Part shown: positions 31,142 to 42,792 of the stretch, piece after piece
Layout of the letters: the number at the start of each line of letters is the position of its first letter
Numbering within the stretch: the stretch's first letter is position 1
Origin: Trypanosoma brucei
Lineage: Eukaryota
Direction of reading: 5' to 3'
Length of the DNA stretch: 64,000 nt
Assembly: GCA_000002445.1 (NCBI GenBank)
Contig: CP000070.1
Coordinates: 896,001-960,000, forward strand
Notes under the pieces: model-generated
Databases searched by the model: none
Told to the model about the DNA's origin: nothing
What the model saw: the letters and a program-made list of their open reading frames with translations, nothing else
Made by a program: the position numbers and the translations under genes

Positions 31142-33346
31142 CTAGTTTATCCCAAGTCGCTTCGCTAGGTCTGTGAGAGTGATGACAGGGTGAACACCTG
31201 ATGCCTTAGCATCTTCAGCAACGTTGGGTTCAGCAGTTATGAAAGCAACTTTGGTATGTTTCGCCGCCTGTATTGCATGAAACAACCTAATGCAACGGGA
31301 TTCATTAAGCCGTTCTTCCGTCTTCCACTTTCCCACTGTAACCGCAGCAGGATTCATTGCCAACTGCATTGTGAGAGAAAGGGGGAGCACCACAAACCAG
31401 GCGTATCGTGAGATCCACTCGAAGAGAAACTTTCGACCGTCATCAGTCAACTGTTCGGCTGTGCACACATCAAAGGGAACAAACGCAATGGCACCCATCT
31501 TTGTTGCGTATCCGTCCATCATCTTTGCAAAAGCCTCTGCTAGGGGAGGAGACTTCACGAGACTAGAAATGGCGCTTTCACAAACAACTGTACAGTAAAC
31601 ATGCGGCGACGTCAACAAACCGGCAAGGGCTTGCTCAACTGTGGTGCCGCATGTTTTTTCCGCCAAATCTCTGCCACCCAATAGTGATGCGAGTGGGCGG
31701 CTCTGGGGAATGGTACGGAGCGCATCAAGGGAGGTACCGTCACCGATACCACCGGAGCCGGATGATGCAACCGCAGGGCGCAACGCATAATAGAGAGCTT
31801 CAACGTTAAATGGCTCGACAGATGCCGCCACGCCTGCTGGGGTCGCTCGCCCTCCAAAAAGTTTCACGGGACATCGTAACGAGTTGGCCACTTCACTAAT
31901 GAAGGCACTGGCACCTACAGGCCTTCCAATGTCAATAATCGCACTAAACAGAGCCATACAAACAAATTCATCGCCGTCGCGCACACATAAACGTGCGAGA
32001 CACGTGCAAAAATGCATTTCTAACTTGTCTCGCTCGTTGTTGCTGACATTACCACCTCTCGTACGGATGTTGTTATTGTTGATTTGAGGAAAGAGACTAA
32101 CCGACCCGTGGCGCAACAGGAGATACAACATCAGCGAAGGTGTGGACTGGTGCAACACATCGGCAAGGTAATCTGACATTTGCTTCACATCGCAGAGCAC
32201 TTCTGCAACGCGCGCTACGGAGGAGAGCGTTGGAGTGGACAGCGTACACATTGCCAAAAATACGATGCAAAGCCGGTGATAGTCTTGTGACTCATCACAG
32301 AATCGTAAAAAGGCATCAAAAGCGCCCTGTGTAAGTTGTAACCGACCAGCGTATGCATGTTTGACAAGGTCCCCGCAGTGCATTAGGCGGTCGGCTGCGG
32401 AAAGAGGTACCCTTTCCTCCCGTTCCTCTGCACCACCACTCGCGGAGCACATTACTTGAATTAAATCACTGAGAAAGGCCCCCAACCGTATTGCCGATGT
32501 TCCGTCCGCTGAGGGCGCATTTCGACCACTTAACAACTCAGCCCTCACAAATCCCATAATACTTCCGATGGGGGCCCTGCTCTTTAGTAAAGCTTGCCCG
32601 TAGTAAACAACAAACTTACCGTCAACCGGTCCGTCGTCACGAGCGCGGTATAGCACCTCTCCAAATAACTCAACGAGTGGCCGCTCTAAAGGTGCCGGCA
32701 ACTGCCGTGCCACTTTGTCCAATCCATCACAGAGGCTTGTCCACGCACTCGGGGGAACGGCACCATTCGTTACTAGAGGAGAGAGAGAAAACACAATTCG
32801 CGCCGCACACTGCGGCTGCCCCTTAAGCCCATCTACAATTCGAAGGAGTGTCCACAGGGAAATTGTTGGCGAGTCCATTACAAGATCCTCCGCCAGGTCA
32901 ATAATCGCCTCCGTGCGGTTGAGTTGCTGCAGACGAGTCAAGGCCTGATGTGTAGCAGCCAAACTGGGCGTAACGCCGAGCCGCCGGTCTAATGCAAACC
33001 GAGCGCTTATTTCCTCCGCGCTTCGGGGTTTCTGAAACCAATGAAGTGTTTCCATCCGCCGCTGCGCCACATCGAAACTGTCTTTCACTACATGCAGGAG
33101 GGGTTGTACCACATCACCACATTCATAACCGGGCGCATCGTCGAGACGCCTGCGTTTGTGTATTCCGAGATCATTCCACCGGGTTGCCTTCCAAGCGGTT
33201 ATCGTCGCGGAGTCACCGCTTTCGTTGTCTTCATAACTTGTTTCCGTGAAGGAACGAAAGCGTATACTTCCAGGCAGCTGTATTGCGCTGGGCACTTCCA
33301 AAGTGAGAGAAACCAACCCTCCGTCGGTGTTCCACTCGTCCTCCAT
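31142..33346 (-). CDS. Hypothetical conserved protein (734 aa)
   Basis: Clean long ORF. The C-terminal roughly 110 aa ('...KVAFITAEPNVAEDAKASGVHPVITLTDLAKRL') are weakly reminiscent of a PIN/NYN-like fold. I could not verify this. Confidence 0.45.
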   Translation of the reverse strand: MEDEWNTDGGLVSLTLEVPSAIQLPGSIRFRSFTETSYEDNESGDSATITAWKATRWNDLGIHKRRRLDDAPGYECGDVVQPLLHVVKDSFDVAQRRMETLHWFQKPRSAEEISARFALDRRLGVTPSLAATHQALTRLQQLNRTEAIIDLAEDLVMDSPTISLWTLLRIVDGLKGQPQCAARIVFSLSPLVTNGAVPPSAWTSLCDGLDKVARQLPAPLERPLVELFGEVLYRARDDGPVDGKFVVYYGQALLKSRAPIGSIMGFVRAELLSGRNAPSADGTSAIRLGAFLSDLIQVMCSASGGAEEREERVPLSAADRLMHCGDLVKHAYAGRLQLTQGAFDAFLRFCDESQDYHRLCIVFLAMCTLSTPTLSSVARVAEVLCDVKQMSDYLADVLHQSTPSLMLYLLLRHGSVSLFPQINNNNIRTRGGNVSNNERDKLEMHFCTCLARLCVRDGDEFVCMALFSAIIDIGRPVGASAFISEVANSLRCPVKLFGGRATPAGVAASVEPFNVEALYYALRPAVASSGSGGIGDGTSLDALRTIPQSRPLASLLGGRDLAEKTCGTTVEQALAGLLTSPHVYCTVVCESAISSLVKSPPLAEAFAKMMDGYATKMGAIAFVPFDVCTAEQLTDDGRKFLFEWISRYAWFVVLPLSLTMQLAMNPAAVTVGKWKTEERLNESRCIRLFHAIQAAKHTKVAFITAEPNVAEDAKASGVHPVITLTDLAKRLGIN

Positions 33347-36300
33347 TATTTGTTGCTACCCTCCCCCACCACAATAATAACAGCAATGATACCGCCACAA
33401 CTCCTCTACCCTTTTATATCACGGGAGGCAACTACTTAGCAATGGGAAAAGAAGCATAAGGAAACGAAAGAGGCAAAAACATGAATAAGATCAAACAAAC
33501 CGACTAAAAAGGATATAATATATATATATATTATATGCGGCAAGGGCGCGACAGCGTCTATATGATGTGCAAAAGAAGGCTATGAGAGTAAATACCAATA
33601 ACACCAGTAACAATACATTCCATAACAGAGGGAGAGAGAAGGAGTAACCAACACACTACACCCGATGCATGCCACACGTCATCGCACCGCTGCTGCACCA
33701 AACCGTAGAGAGAAGGAAAGAAAAAAAAAAAAAGTGGGTCATCCACCGTGGAGGGTTTCGCGCACTCACACAAGTAAAACAAAAAAAACAAGATCAAAAA
33801 CTCACCGTTGGAGCAGAGAAAAGAAGTTGAATGGTTTTCTTTTTTTTTTTTGCAGGGAGAAAGGCAAAGCAAAACAGAGTAAAAACAAAAGTAGTCAAAG
33901 ATATAAGTATATATATATATATATATTTATTTATTTATTTATATATCGCAGGAAAGTTAAACGGGAGAAAGCACAGTCGTTAAACAGTTCGTGCGAGCAA
34001 AAAGCCTAAAAAGAGGAAAATTGGAACAAAAACAAACGAGAGGGGACGATTGGTGATTGTGTGAGTAGGGGAAGGTACAAAGTGTTTGTGTGTTTGTGTT
34101 GTCGCTGATTTTTATGAGGTCACGAGGGAGATGAAAGGTGAAGAACGGAACTAAACAAACTCCAAAGGAAAAAAAAAAGAAAACAAATAAAAAAGTAAAA
34201 AAGAAAAAAGGAGAAAAGAAAAGCAAAGAAACCTCGTCTCATGACGTAAACGCTTAAGCGAATTGAAACTTTTATTTAAAAAAATGTTACGGCACTGCTT
34301 TCGGCACCACCGGAAGGTCCCATTTAGTCCTTTTTTTTTTTTTAATTGCCGCGTATTTCTCCTCAGTTTCGAAATTACGCAAACTACAGCTCTTTACCTA
34401 TCTATTTATTGTTTCTCTGTTCCTCAACCCAACTGTACCACCAATCAAACTGTTTTCGAGTCGAAACAAAAGCGAAAAAAAATGGAAGTTGACACCGCTG
34501 CCGCCGTCGGAACGAGAACGAAATACTGATAACAATAAACGGTGTGTGTGTGTTTGTGTGTTTTTGCGGGGTGGAGACATGAGAAGTAAAAACTTTTAGA
34601 AAATAAAATGAAAAAAAGAACACATACACAAGCACAAACAAAGTGAATGGTACTGTGGCCTCACTAACGGTGAATTGTTAGATGCAAAATGCAATAAAGT
34701 CTGCCGATGCACTTTGTTTATGAATATAAACACAAATACCGTAATGGAAGTGAGGAAGGAAGTAATAACAATACCAACATTGAAGGGGGAAAAAAAGAGA
34801 GGTAAAGTAAAGCAAGAAGACGGAGTATAAAACGTGTGTTTCATGGAATTTGGCGCTACGTTGTTTTTCTTTCCCCCCCCCCACACAGCGGCCACGGTAA
34901 AAGAAAAAGTTGAAGAGGAAGGACAAGAGGTACAAAGACAAAACACAGCAGAGAACCGGTAAAGAAAAAGAAAAAAAAGAGAAGTGAAATATGAAAGTGC
35001 TTCACTTTTTTTTTTTAATTAATATCACGCATCAATGCCTTCCTTTTTTCTTTTTCCTTTTTTTAAAAAAAAGGAAAAATGCTGTTGTTGTTTACCTTTT
35101 TCCAGCGGGTATTAAACTCTAATGGGGAACATTTACAAGTTTTCCTACTTTCTCTCCTCTCCCTCAATTCCTCCTCTTTCCCCTTAGGGGCGTGCGCCTA
35201 TGCACGAGAGGAAAAAAATGGAGGGGGGAAAAAAAAAAGCTGCGGCCGCTTCACACTCCATTTCCAAATTCTGAAATCACACGAACTTGTTTTGGTACAC
35301 CATTACACCTCAATGAGCACAGAAGGAAAAGAAAAAAGGAAAGAAAACAACAACAACACACAAACAGACACACACACATACACGTGCAAACAAAACAAAA
35401 CAAAGACACAATTCGCAAAACATTGAAAACTAACAATACTATTTGTCTTCGTGTACGCGCGTGCCGCAGAGAGAATACAAGAAGGAACGAGCGGTGGTGG
35501 GGATGAATAAGACATACACCAAACGAAAATATTATGCGGCAGACGAATGAGGAAATACAACGAAAGAAAGAAAAAAAAAGAAAATATACTAAAAAGAACC
35601 TCCCTTTCCTCCAGCGCCTTTCCTTTAGTTAGACGTTTCATATCATGTCAGCATCGTTCCCGTGATATTGAATTTCTCCTCGTATCGTAAACGTTAAGTT
35701 CGCACCGCATCTTTCCATACATACATACATTCGCTTCTTTTTTTTTTCTTCCTTTCGCTCGTTCATTCTTGAATTATTATTATTTAATATTTTATATTAT
35801 TTTTACCTTTTACATTTGTATTATTTCCTTCCCTTCCTCACCCCATTTCAACGGTTTCAACACACACACACAAACACATACTGTAGAAGCCACCAACTTT
35901 CCCCTCTTTCTTCGTAACAAAGAAGTTATGAAACAGAAAACTACGGCATGGAATCGTATGAGCGCTAGAACACGTTTCCTCCTCCTCCCTCCGAAAAAAA
36001 AGTAGAAAATGACGAAAAAGACAAAAAAAATATCTAAACGCAACGAAACCGACATATTTCTTCTTCCATCTCCTCTCCTTTTGTCGATGAGCTGTATCTT
36101 TCCACGTCCCTGAAAAAGAGAGAGAGAGGAGTAAACTGACTCAATACGGTATTTCTTTTCTCTTCTTTTCTTTTCTTTCCTTTCCTTTTCCTTTTCTTCT
36201 TCTGTCCACCTTCATGGGGTTTCCACTCGTTTAACTTTTTTTTTCTTGTTTTTCCACATCTTCTCTTTCATTTAGTTATTAGCATACAAACCATACGTAT

Positions 36301-37092
36301 CTTTAAAGTATATATATATATATATATACGAGTAAATAGAGTACAATATAAAATACTAATTTGGACTCTGTTCCGTCAAGTCCCGCTCTCAACGATGAAA
36401 ACAACATCCGCTCGTGGTCTCGTTCACTCCTATTCTTTATTCTCTTTATTTATTTATTTTCTTTAATGCACGTCTGTTTGCATTGATACCAGTGACAGCA
36501 TTCGGCATATCCTCACTTTCCTTCGCATCACCTCCTGAAAGCGCACAACATTGAAAGCATACAGTAAACAAGGGCACATCTCATGAAGATAAAACGCGGA
36601 GAATTGTGAGAAGGAAAAAGAAAAAGAAAAAGAAACAAAAACAAAAACAAAAACAAAAAAGATAAGAAAGAGCAGCAACGACAAAGCACATGAAAGTGAT
36701 CATGGCACACACACACACATATATAAACATACATCCTCCTCCTCTCCTTCCCTCTGCATCAAAAAGTTTCAACTACCCAAATTACACACACAACTAACGT
36801 CCTCCACAACACCTAACCTATCTATTTCATTGTACACAATCCATACGAGTCGCAACTGAGGGGTGGAGCCATGTAAAAAAAAAAACTACTACAACAGCGG
36901 CACCATATTCCTTTACTTACACCGCGTACTCACTGAGACTACTAATGACAGCAATTACAAAATAATAATAACAATAACAACAACACCCAACACGTAACCA
37001 ATGAGATGAGACGAAATGCAGATATTACTATTCTCCTCTTTCCTCCCATGCTACACACACACAAATACACGAATGCACAGACACATGTATGT

Positions 37093-38883
37093 TCAAGTAG
37101 CATTCCGCCTTGCGCGCTCCAACGTTGCGCGCTGTAACATCGCCCTAATGTCTAATTGTTGAACCCCAGCTAAATATGGCAGTGGAGCCGGCGCATTTGG
37201 TTGGTGAAGGAATGGATTCAAGCGTAATGCGGTGTTACCGGTCTCCTGCTGACTGCGTTTGTGAGCCCGGTGTTCCGCGAGTCGTTGAAGAATTATACTG
37301 TTCGGTACAACACTCGGTTGCGCGGTGCCCCGACATCCGATGGCGTTGATATTGTGACCTGTCGGGCCGTACTCGCTACTTTGTGGAGGTGCTGCAACAA
37401 CATTTTGGCCATTTTGTCGTCCAGGCCCCAGGATCGCAGTGAAGTGTCGAGCGCTGTTGGGAACTATAGACGGAGCGTTGCTGGGGCTGACACCGGCGTT
37501 ACGCGGCCCAGAAGGCACACACATTGGGTTTGGAGCGGAGGAGTTTTGCTTCACCACTCCATTACCGGACACACTAGATGAGTTGTAGCCGCCATTAAAC
37601 TTTTTGTAATTAATGTACAGGTGCTTCGGTTGCAGTTGTTGCTTTTTGGCACCCGCGTCACGATCCTGGGAGGGGAGCCGGGCCCCATTGAGCTGCTGCG
37701 AAGGTTGCAACGACGGTGTCTGTTGTTGTTGTTGTTGTTGTTGCTGCTGCTGCTGCTGCTGGAAGTGGTCATTTTGCTGTGGCGTCTGCTGCTTCTGTCG
37801 CTGGTCGAGTTGTGGCAATTTCGGTGACAATCCTTCTGATATATCCGTCACCAACGGTGGAGAGCTCCCTCCTGCCGGGATCGGGGACGGCAGTTTCGAC
37901 GGTTTTGTTATTACCTCGGGCGATAATGGTGTTAAGCACTGCGTGCGGTCCCTAGCCGGTAACGTAGTCGGCGCAGCAGGGGGAACTACCGCCGACTTCC
38001 GAAGTGCTGCCACTTGCGACGGAAGTAATCCGTTACGCAGCAGAGTTTCGATGTAATCCTTAGGCATCACATCAGACAGCATCCACTCCCTCAATCTCCG
38101 GTGAATCACAGGGAGATCGAGGAGATCTGACAAACGAATGCGGTGCGCGGGATCTCTGGTTAGCAGACGCGGTACAATATTACGTAACTCCGTCGTATAT
38201 AGTGGAGGAATCGGCTCGTACTGCAGTTTAAGGATCCGCTGCATTAGCCCTTTCATACTTGTCGCGTTGAAGGGGTGCTTCAGCGTCAACAGCTCATACA
38301 CAATAACACCTAATGCCCACACATCGCTACGGTGGTCATATGGACGTTCCATAATGAGCTCTGGTGATAAATAATACGGTGTTCCTACAAATGTTTTGGC
38401 TTGATCGTATGTGCCACTAAGGGTTCGAGCAATACCAAAGTCTCCCAGCTTCAGGATATTCTGGCTGGTTAAAAACACATTCTGCGATTTGACGTCACGA
38501 TGAAGCACCTTACGTTTGTGCACGTAGGACAGACTAAGCGCTAACTGAATAATCCAATCGATAACCTGTGTTTCACGGAAGTTCACCCCATATGATTTCT
38601 TGATGCGGGAACTCAGGTCACCGCCATCTGCGTACTCCATCACAATGCAAATGTAATCGGATTTGTTGGTAAGGAAACTGTCCACATAATTAATCACATT
38701 CGGGTGTTGAAGCGATTTCAGCAGGTGTGCCTCGTTAAGGCTCTGCTGGCGCTCTTTTCTATTCATCTTCGTAAGGTCCACCTGCTTGATTACGTAGAGC
38801 TTGCCGTCTTCGTTATTGCGCACAAGGACGCAGGCGCCCATGTTCCCTTTCCCAATATTACGGACCTTAGTAAACCTATCCAT
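37093..38883 (-). CDS. NIMA-related (NEK) serine/threonine protein kinase with a C-terminal poly-Q / low-complexity tail (596 aa)
   Basis: Kinase subdomains 'GKGNMGACVLV', 'VIKQVDL', 'HRDVKSQNVFLT', 'LGDFGIAR' and 'GTPYYLSPE' are the classic Nek signature HRDIKSQNIFLT. A run of more than 14 Q is encoded by CAG/CAA repeats. Confidence 0.8.
   Translation of the reverse strand: MDRFTKVRNIGKGNMGACVLVRNNEDGKLYVIKQVDLTKMNRKERQQSLNEAHLLKSLQHPNVINYVDSFLTNKSDYICIVMEYADGGDLSSRIKKSYGVNFRETQVIDWIIQLALSLSYVHKRKVLHRDVKSQNVFLTSQNILKLGDFGIARTLSGTYDQAKTFVGTPYYLSPELIMERPYDHRSDVWALGVIVYELLTLKHPFNATSMKGLMQRILKLQYEPIPPLYTTELRNIVPRLLTRDPAHRIRLSDLLDLPVIHRRLREWMLSDVMPKDYIETLLRNGLLPSQVAALRKSAVVPPAAPTTLPARDRTQCLTPLSPEVITKPSKLPSPIPAGGSSPPLVTDISEGLSPKLPQLDQRQKQQTPQQNDHFQQQQQQQQQQQQQQTPSLQPSQQLNGARLPSQDRDAGAKKQQLQPKHLYINYKKFNGGYNSSSVSGNGVVKQNSSAPNPMCVPSGPRNAGVSPSNAPSIVPNSARHFTAILGPGRQNGQNVVAAPPQSSEYGPTGHNINAIGCRGTAQPSVVPNSIILQRLAEHRAHKRSQQETGNTALRLNPFLHQPNAPAPLPYLAGVQQLDIRAMLQRATLERARRNAT
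37551..37772. repeat. CAG/CAA (poly-glutamine) trinucleotide repeat inside the NEK kinase CDS
   Basis: The plus strand shows (tgt tgt tgt ... tgc tgc tgc)n at about 37722-37762. The minus-strand reading is QQQQQQQQQQQQQQ. Confidence 0.85.
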
Positions 38884-39479
38884 TTCCCTTTAGTCTACGT
38901 GAAGCCTATTTTCTTCAGTGGAGAAGGTGCACTCTTGCGCCCCTTTTTGTCCTCTCCTTCTTTTACCTCCTTTCTCTCGTTTAAATACACGTGTCTAATA
39001 TATATATATATATATATATGTCGGTGGGTGGGTTTGTCAATGGAAATGGGCCGCCCGTTCTTCTTTCACTCTTGGGTTTGGCACGCTTCAACCAGTGCTA
39101 GCGTACTCAACGATCCGAAGAAAGAGATGACTCCGGTCCGCTAAAATGCCTTGCGCGCTTTTCTGTGTATGTGTAAAACGGATGCGAGAAATATAACACC
39201 CACAACCCTTAACAACCCCAACGAGTCACACCCTAAAGTAATAGAAGAGGAGTAGACAGGTTCCTTTTCTTTTTTTTTATATTTTTCTGCCTTCCCAACC
39301 CTCTTTTCGACCTGGGCCGGACGTTTGGTAAGAGGAGAGGAACCAACGAATACGAAGACGCGCCCTCCGCTGTCTGATGGTTGACCAATAACTGACTGGT
39401 TACCCCCTCAAGAATTGAGGCGCCAGGGGGTACAGCACCCTTTAGCGAAGCAGATGCCACACAGCAACTATATCAAGGG

Positions 39480-39497
39480 TTCAATATATTTATGTAT

Positions 39498-39533
<36 letters not shown>

Positions 39534-39602
39534 CGAGTGAAGGATATGCGTGGACGCAGAACCTTGAAAGGAGAGTAATATATATATATATATATATATA
39601 TA
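39480..39602. repeat. Two (TA)n / (TATG)n microsatellite blocks
   Basis: 'tatatatatatatatatatatatgtatgtatgtacg' and 'tatatatatatatatatatatatac'. Confidence 0.85.
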
Positions 39603-40437
39603 CTCAGCAACAGGAAGAATCTCCCTGGCCTCCCTCTCCTTCTCTAACACGTGAGTACCTGTTTTAAGAAAAGAGGAGAAAAGCAAAAGCAAAAAAAAGA
39701 GTTAGCAAAGAGGACAAACAGGACACAGAAGCACTCGCACTTTGGTTCACAAGGCGGGGAAACAATAAATTGGACACGTGCACGCCACTGTACTCACATG
39801 CAAATGTGTAGACAGAAACAGGACATACTACGCCAACATGTAGCGACACCGACGGCGCTCCACGTGGGGTCACGTTTCACAGGCTGGTGACACCCTTCCC
39901 GCATCCCGTTCCTCTCTTCCTTAAATTCGTTTTCTCTTCCTCCTAAACATCTTTCCCTTCGTAGGGATGCATCCGTGCGCCAAGCAAACTAAAATGTATG
40001 CGCTATCCGTGTCTGATGGAATAGAGGAATATATATATAGAAAGAGAGAAAGTATCAACTCGTTTTCTTTTTTTTTTTTGTTATTCCCCATCCCCACTCC
40101 CCTTCCCTTCTTACTGTCACTATCACTAATACAATTGTCATCCCCTCTTTCCCTCCTACGTTTTGAAGCCTTCGGCATCAGGCACATGTTCCGCTTGTCA
40201 TAGTTTGGAGGTTGTGGTCAAAAGGCGGCTGTGACCTTTAATATACTTGCATAACAAGCCGGAGCGACCGCATGCACTCCAACCGCACAAACGAAAGCGG
40301 TTTTCGTACATTTAACGAAATAATAAAAAAAAACACCCATATCCTCCTGCCGTCTTTTTTTTTTTTACACGGAACACAACCAAAAGTCAATCGCACTGAA
40401 AGGGTAAACGGTATTGTTGGATGTACACACAACGTTA

Positions 40438-40893
40438 CTAATTCACTATCAAATGCAGGACAGCAAGCGTGGCTAGTGCCGATATTAGCAACCTGCAATG
40501 AGTTTGTAGATAGAGCCAATAAGCAATAAACACCAACACTGCCGTGTGAGCGCAGCTGTTTCCATTGAATCCAAGCGTAGCGAACCCACATCCCCATAAC
40601 ATGAAGCAGACAAAAACAAACCCCGATATCACACGATCCACAACCGATTCCGTCGCCTGTTCTCCAGCTATCCAGTGCCGCATGAACAACTTCCCGGGGA
40701 CGACAGCAGAGACGGGCCGGTATTCCTGCTGCTGTTGGAGTGCTTTCATTTCCTCTTCAGTAAGCGATCGGGAAAAGACGTTGCTGAAATCGTGTCTCGT
40801 TAGGCCGTGACGGCCGTGGCGTATTGATACGTTGCAGTTCGAGAGACCCCAACGTGCGATAATGCCACCGGCTGGAGCTGCGCGGCGAAGCAT
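40438..40893 (-). CDS. Small hydrophobic membrane protein (about 151 aa) with 2-3 predicted TM helices
   Basis: The ORF track gives 40438..41067. The first 58 codons translate a poly-T tract ('LFVFFLQKRKTNH'), so the start is more plausibly the Met at 40893 ('MLRRAAPAGGIIARW...'). The C-terminal part has hydrophobic segments 'VISGFVFVCFMLWGCGFATLGF' and 'AVLVFIAYWLYL'. Confidence 0.35.
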   Translation of the reverse strand: MLRRAAPAGGIIARWGLSNCNVSIRHGRHGLTRHDFSNVFSRSLTEEEMKALQQQQEYRPVSAVVPGKLFMRHWIAGEQATESVVDRVISGFVFVCFMLWGCGFATLGFNGNSCAHTAVLVFIAYWLYLQTHCRLLISALATLAVLHLIVN

Positions 40894-41610
40894 ATGATTG
40901 GTTTTTCTTTTTTGTAAAAAAAAAACAAACAAACTTTTTTTTTCCTTTTCTTTTGAGCTATGCCGAGTGTAGTATCGAAAAACTGTCCCCGCAGGCAATG
41001 TGGTGGAGGCGGGCGTCACACAGACGAGATGATAACAGAGGTAATAAAAGAAATAGTAAATAAGCACAATGATGGAAGCCTCTTATGCGGTAAAAAAAAA
41101 AATCGGATGTGAGACAAAGTGTCTCGAGGTCAAATACTGTTTGAAAGTGTTGCAGCGCGGGAAAGTCAGTGAAAAGAAATAGCTGTCAATCAATATATAA
41201 AAAAAACAAAGCAAAAGAAAGAACTACCAAACAAATGCGCCTACAAATAAACATTCACAGTTATATGTATATACGCATGTACGGACAGCTTCATCTGTGG
41301 TGTTTTCTTTTGGTGTTCACGCCTTCTTTCTTCCTCCCCTGCTCATCACGCAGTGTGCAGAAGCACAAAGAGTTGAGTGTGTGTATAGTATATACCGCAC
41401 AGTAAAACAACAACAAAATAATAATGGCGGAAGGAAGTAAACAATGTATATAAATAAGCACATCACAATGGTATATAAGCGGTGCATTTGATAGCGCCAC
41501 TATACGTGTATACACAAAGGAAAAAATAACAGTAGTTGTTATTATTGCGCGGTGGGCCATCCCACAAATGACCGCAAGTCTCTTGTTCCGCATCAACATT
41601 TATACACCCA

Positions 41611-42354
41611 CTAGGCCACTGCTCGGGTTCCCTTTCGGTTAAACATGCGCTTGATGAGCAACACTTGCAGAGTACAAACAAAAAGGATGACCGCTGTCTC
41701 GGCTACACCACGGAATAGCACCAATTTCTTACTTTCTTGCACTTTCTTCCGTAAATGTTCTTCACGGAGTCTGAAAATCATCTGGTCGTCATGCATGGCC
41801 AACATGAACCGGTCCGAGCCATCCATCATTCGCATGAGTGGATCGATTCGATCCTTCCAGCGCTTGAGGGACGTCATCCCAACGCTCATTTTCACTGTCT
41901 TGATGCTTCCCGTGTACGGCCTGTTGTCTACACAATACGAATACTCGCCAAGCACTCGCTTAGTGAAGTACACACGTTCCTCATCTGCGTGTTCACCAGC
42001 GTATGAGACATAAACCGTTCTGTTGTCCGGGTCGCGGATGTAAAAGTCAAAATCATTGCCACCACGGAGGGAGTGGTAATGAAACATCACTCCTTCACGT
42101 CGATGAACACCATGTGAATACATGCAAACTTCCTCATTATTTATGTCTATGGAAAGTTGCTGTTCTGTGGGCCGCACGCGGACGGCATCAACGCCTCCCG
42201 TGTACGTAGCAAAATAGAAACACACCATCACCAGAGATGAGATTTGCAATGAGTCACGGTGCGAGTTCGTCGTACCACTGCGGTACATCTCTGAAAATCT
42301 TTTAAAGTTATATTTCTTTCTACTTCGCCCACTTCTACCCTCACTTTTATTCAC
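41611..42354 (-). CDS. p24/emp24 (TMED) cargo-receptor family protein with a GOLD domain
   Basis: GOLD-domain blocks 'FHYHSLRGGNDFDFYIRDPDNRTVY' are present. The C-terminus has a single TM helix 'VAETAVILFVCTLQVLLIKRMF' and a short cytosolic tail. The real start may be Met23 (coordinate 42288), which precedes the hydrophobic signal-like segment 'ISSLVMVCFYFATYTGG'. Confidence 0.65.
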   Translation of the reverse strand: MNKSEGRSGRSRKKYNFKRFSEMYRSGTTNSHRDSLQISSLVMVCFYFATYTGGVDAVRVRPTEQQLSIDINNEEVCMYSHGVHRREGVMFHYHSLRGGNDFDFYIRDPDNRTVYVSYAGEHADEERVYFTKRVLGEYSYCVDNRPYTGSIKTVKMSVGMTSLKRWKDRIDPLMRMMDGSDRFMLAMHDDQMIFRLREEHLRKKVQESKKLVLFRGVAETAVILFVCTLQVLLIKRMFNRKGTRAVA

Positions 42355-42792
42355 TTTGAGTTATTGAATGCTTCCACCAGCGTTTGAGGCGGGAAAATGG
42401 GCAATTGCACGACCGTGTAGCGATTGCAGCGGACGGTGGCAAATCTTACAGCTGCAAAAGGGTGCAGAGAAAATGGAAAACGAAGAAAAAACAAAATGAA
42501 AGAGGGAAAAAGATACGGAGCCGGAGATAGAGAAGAGAAAAAAAAACAGGGAAGAATAGCCTGCATAGCGGTGGCAGACATACACCTTTCGTGCAACTGC
42601 AGAATAAGGAAGAAATGATATCTCCAAAGAGACCAGTTGTACCAACCTCTAGTACAGAGGAATTAGGTGCACTATCCCCCCAGTAGAGTACATGCATATA
42701 AAACAAGGCACATAAGAAAAATGTTGTACATCAAAACACATTTACAGGTGATGAGAACGCGGTTCTCTCAAGGGTCCATTATACGTCTTGGC

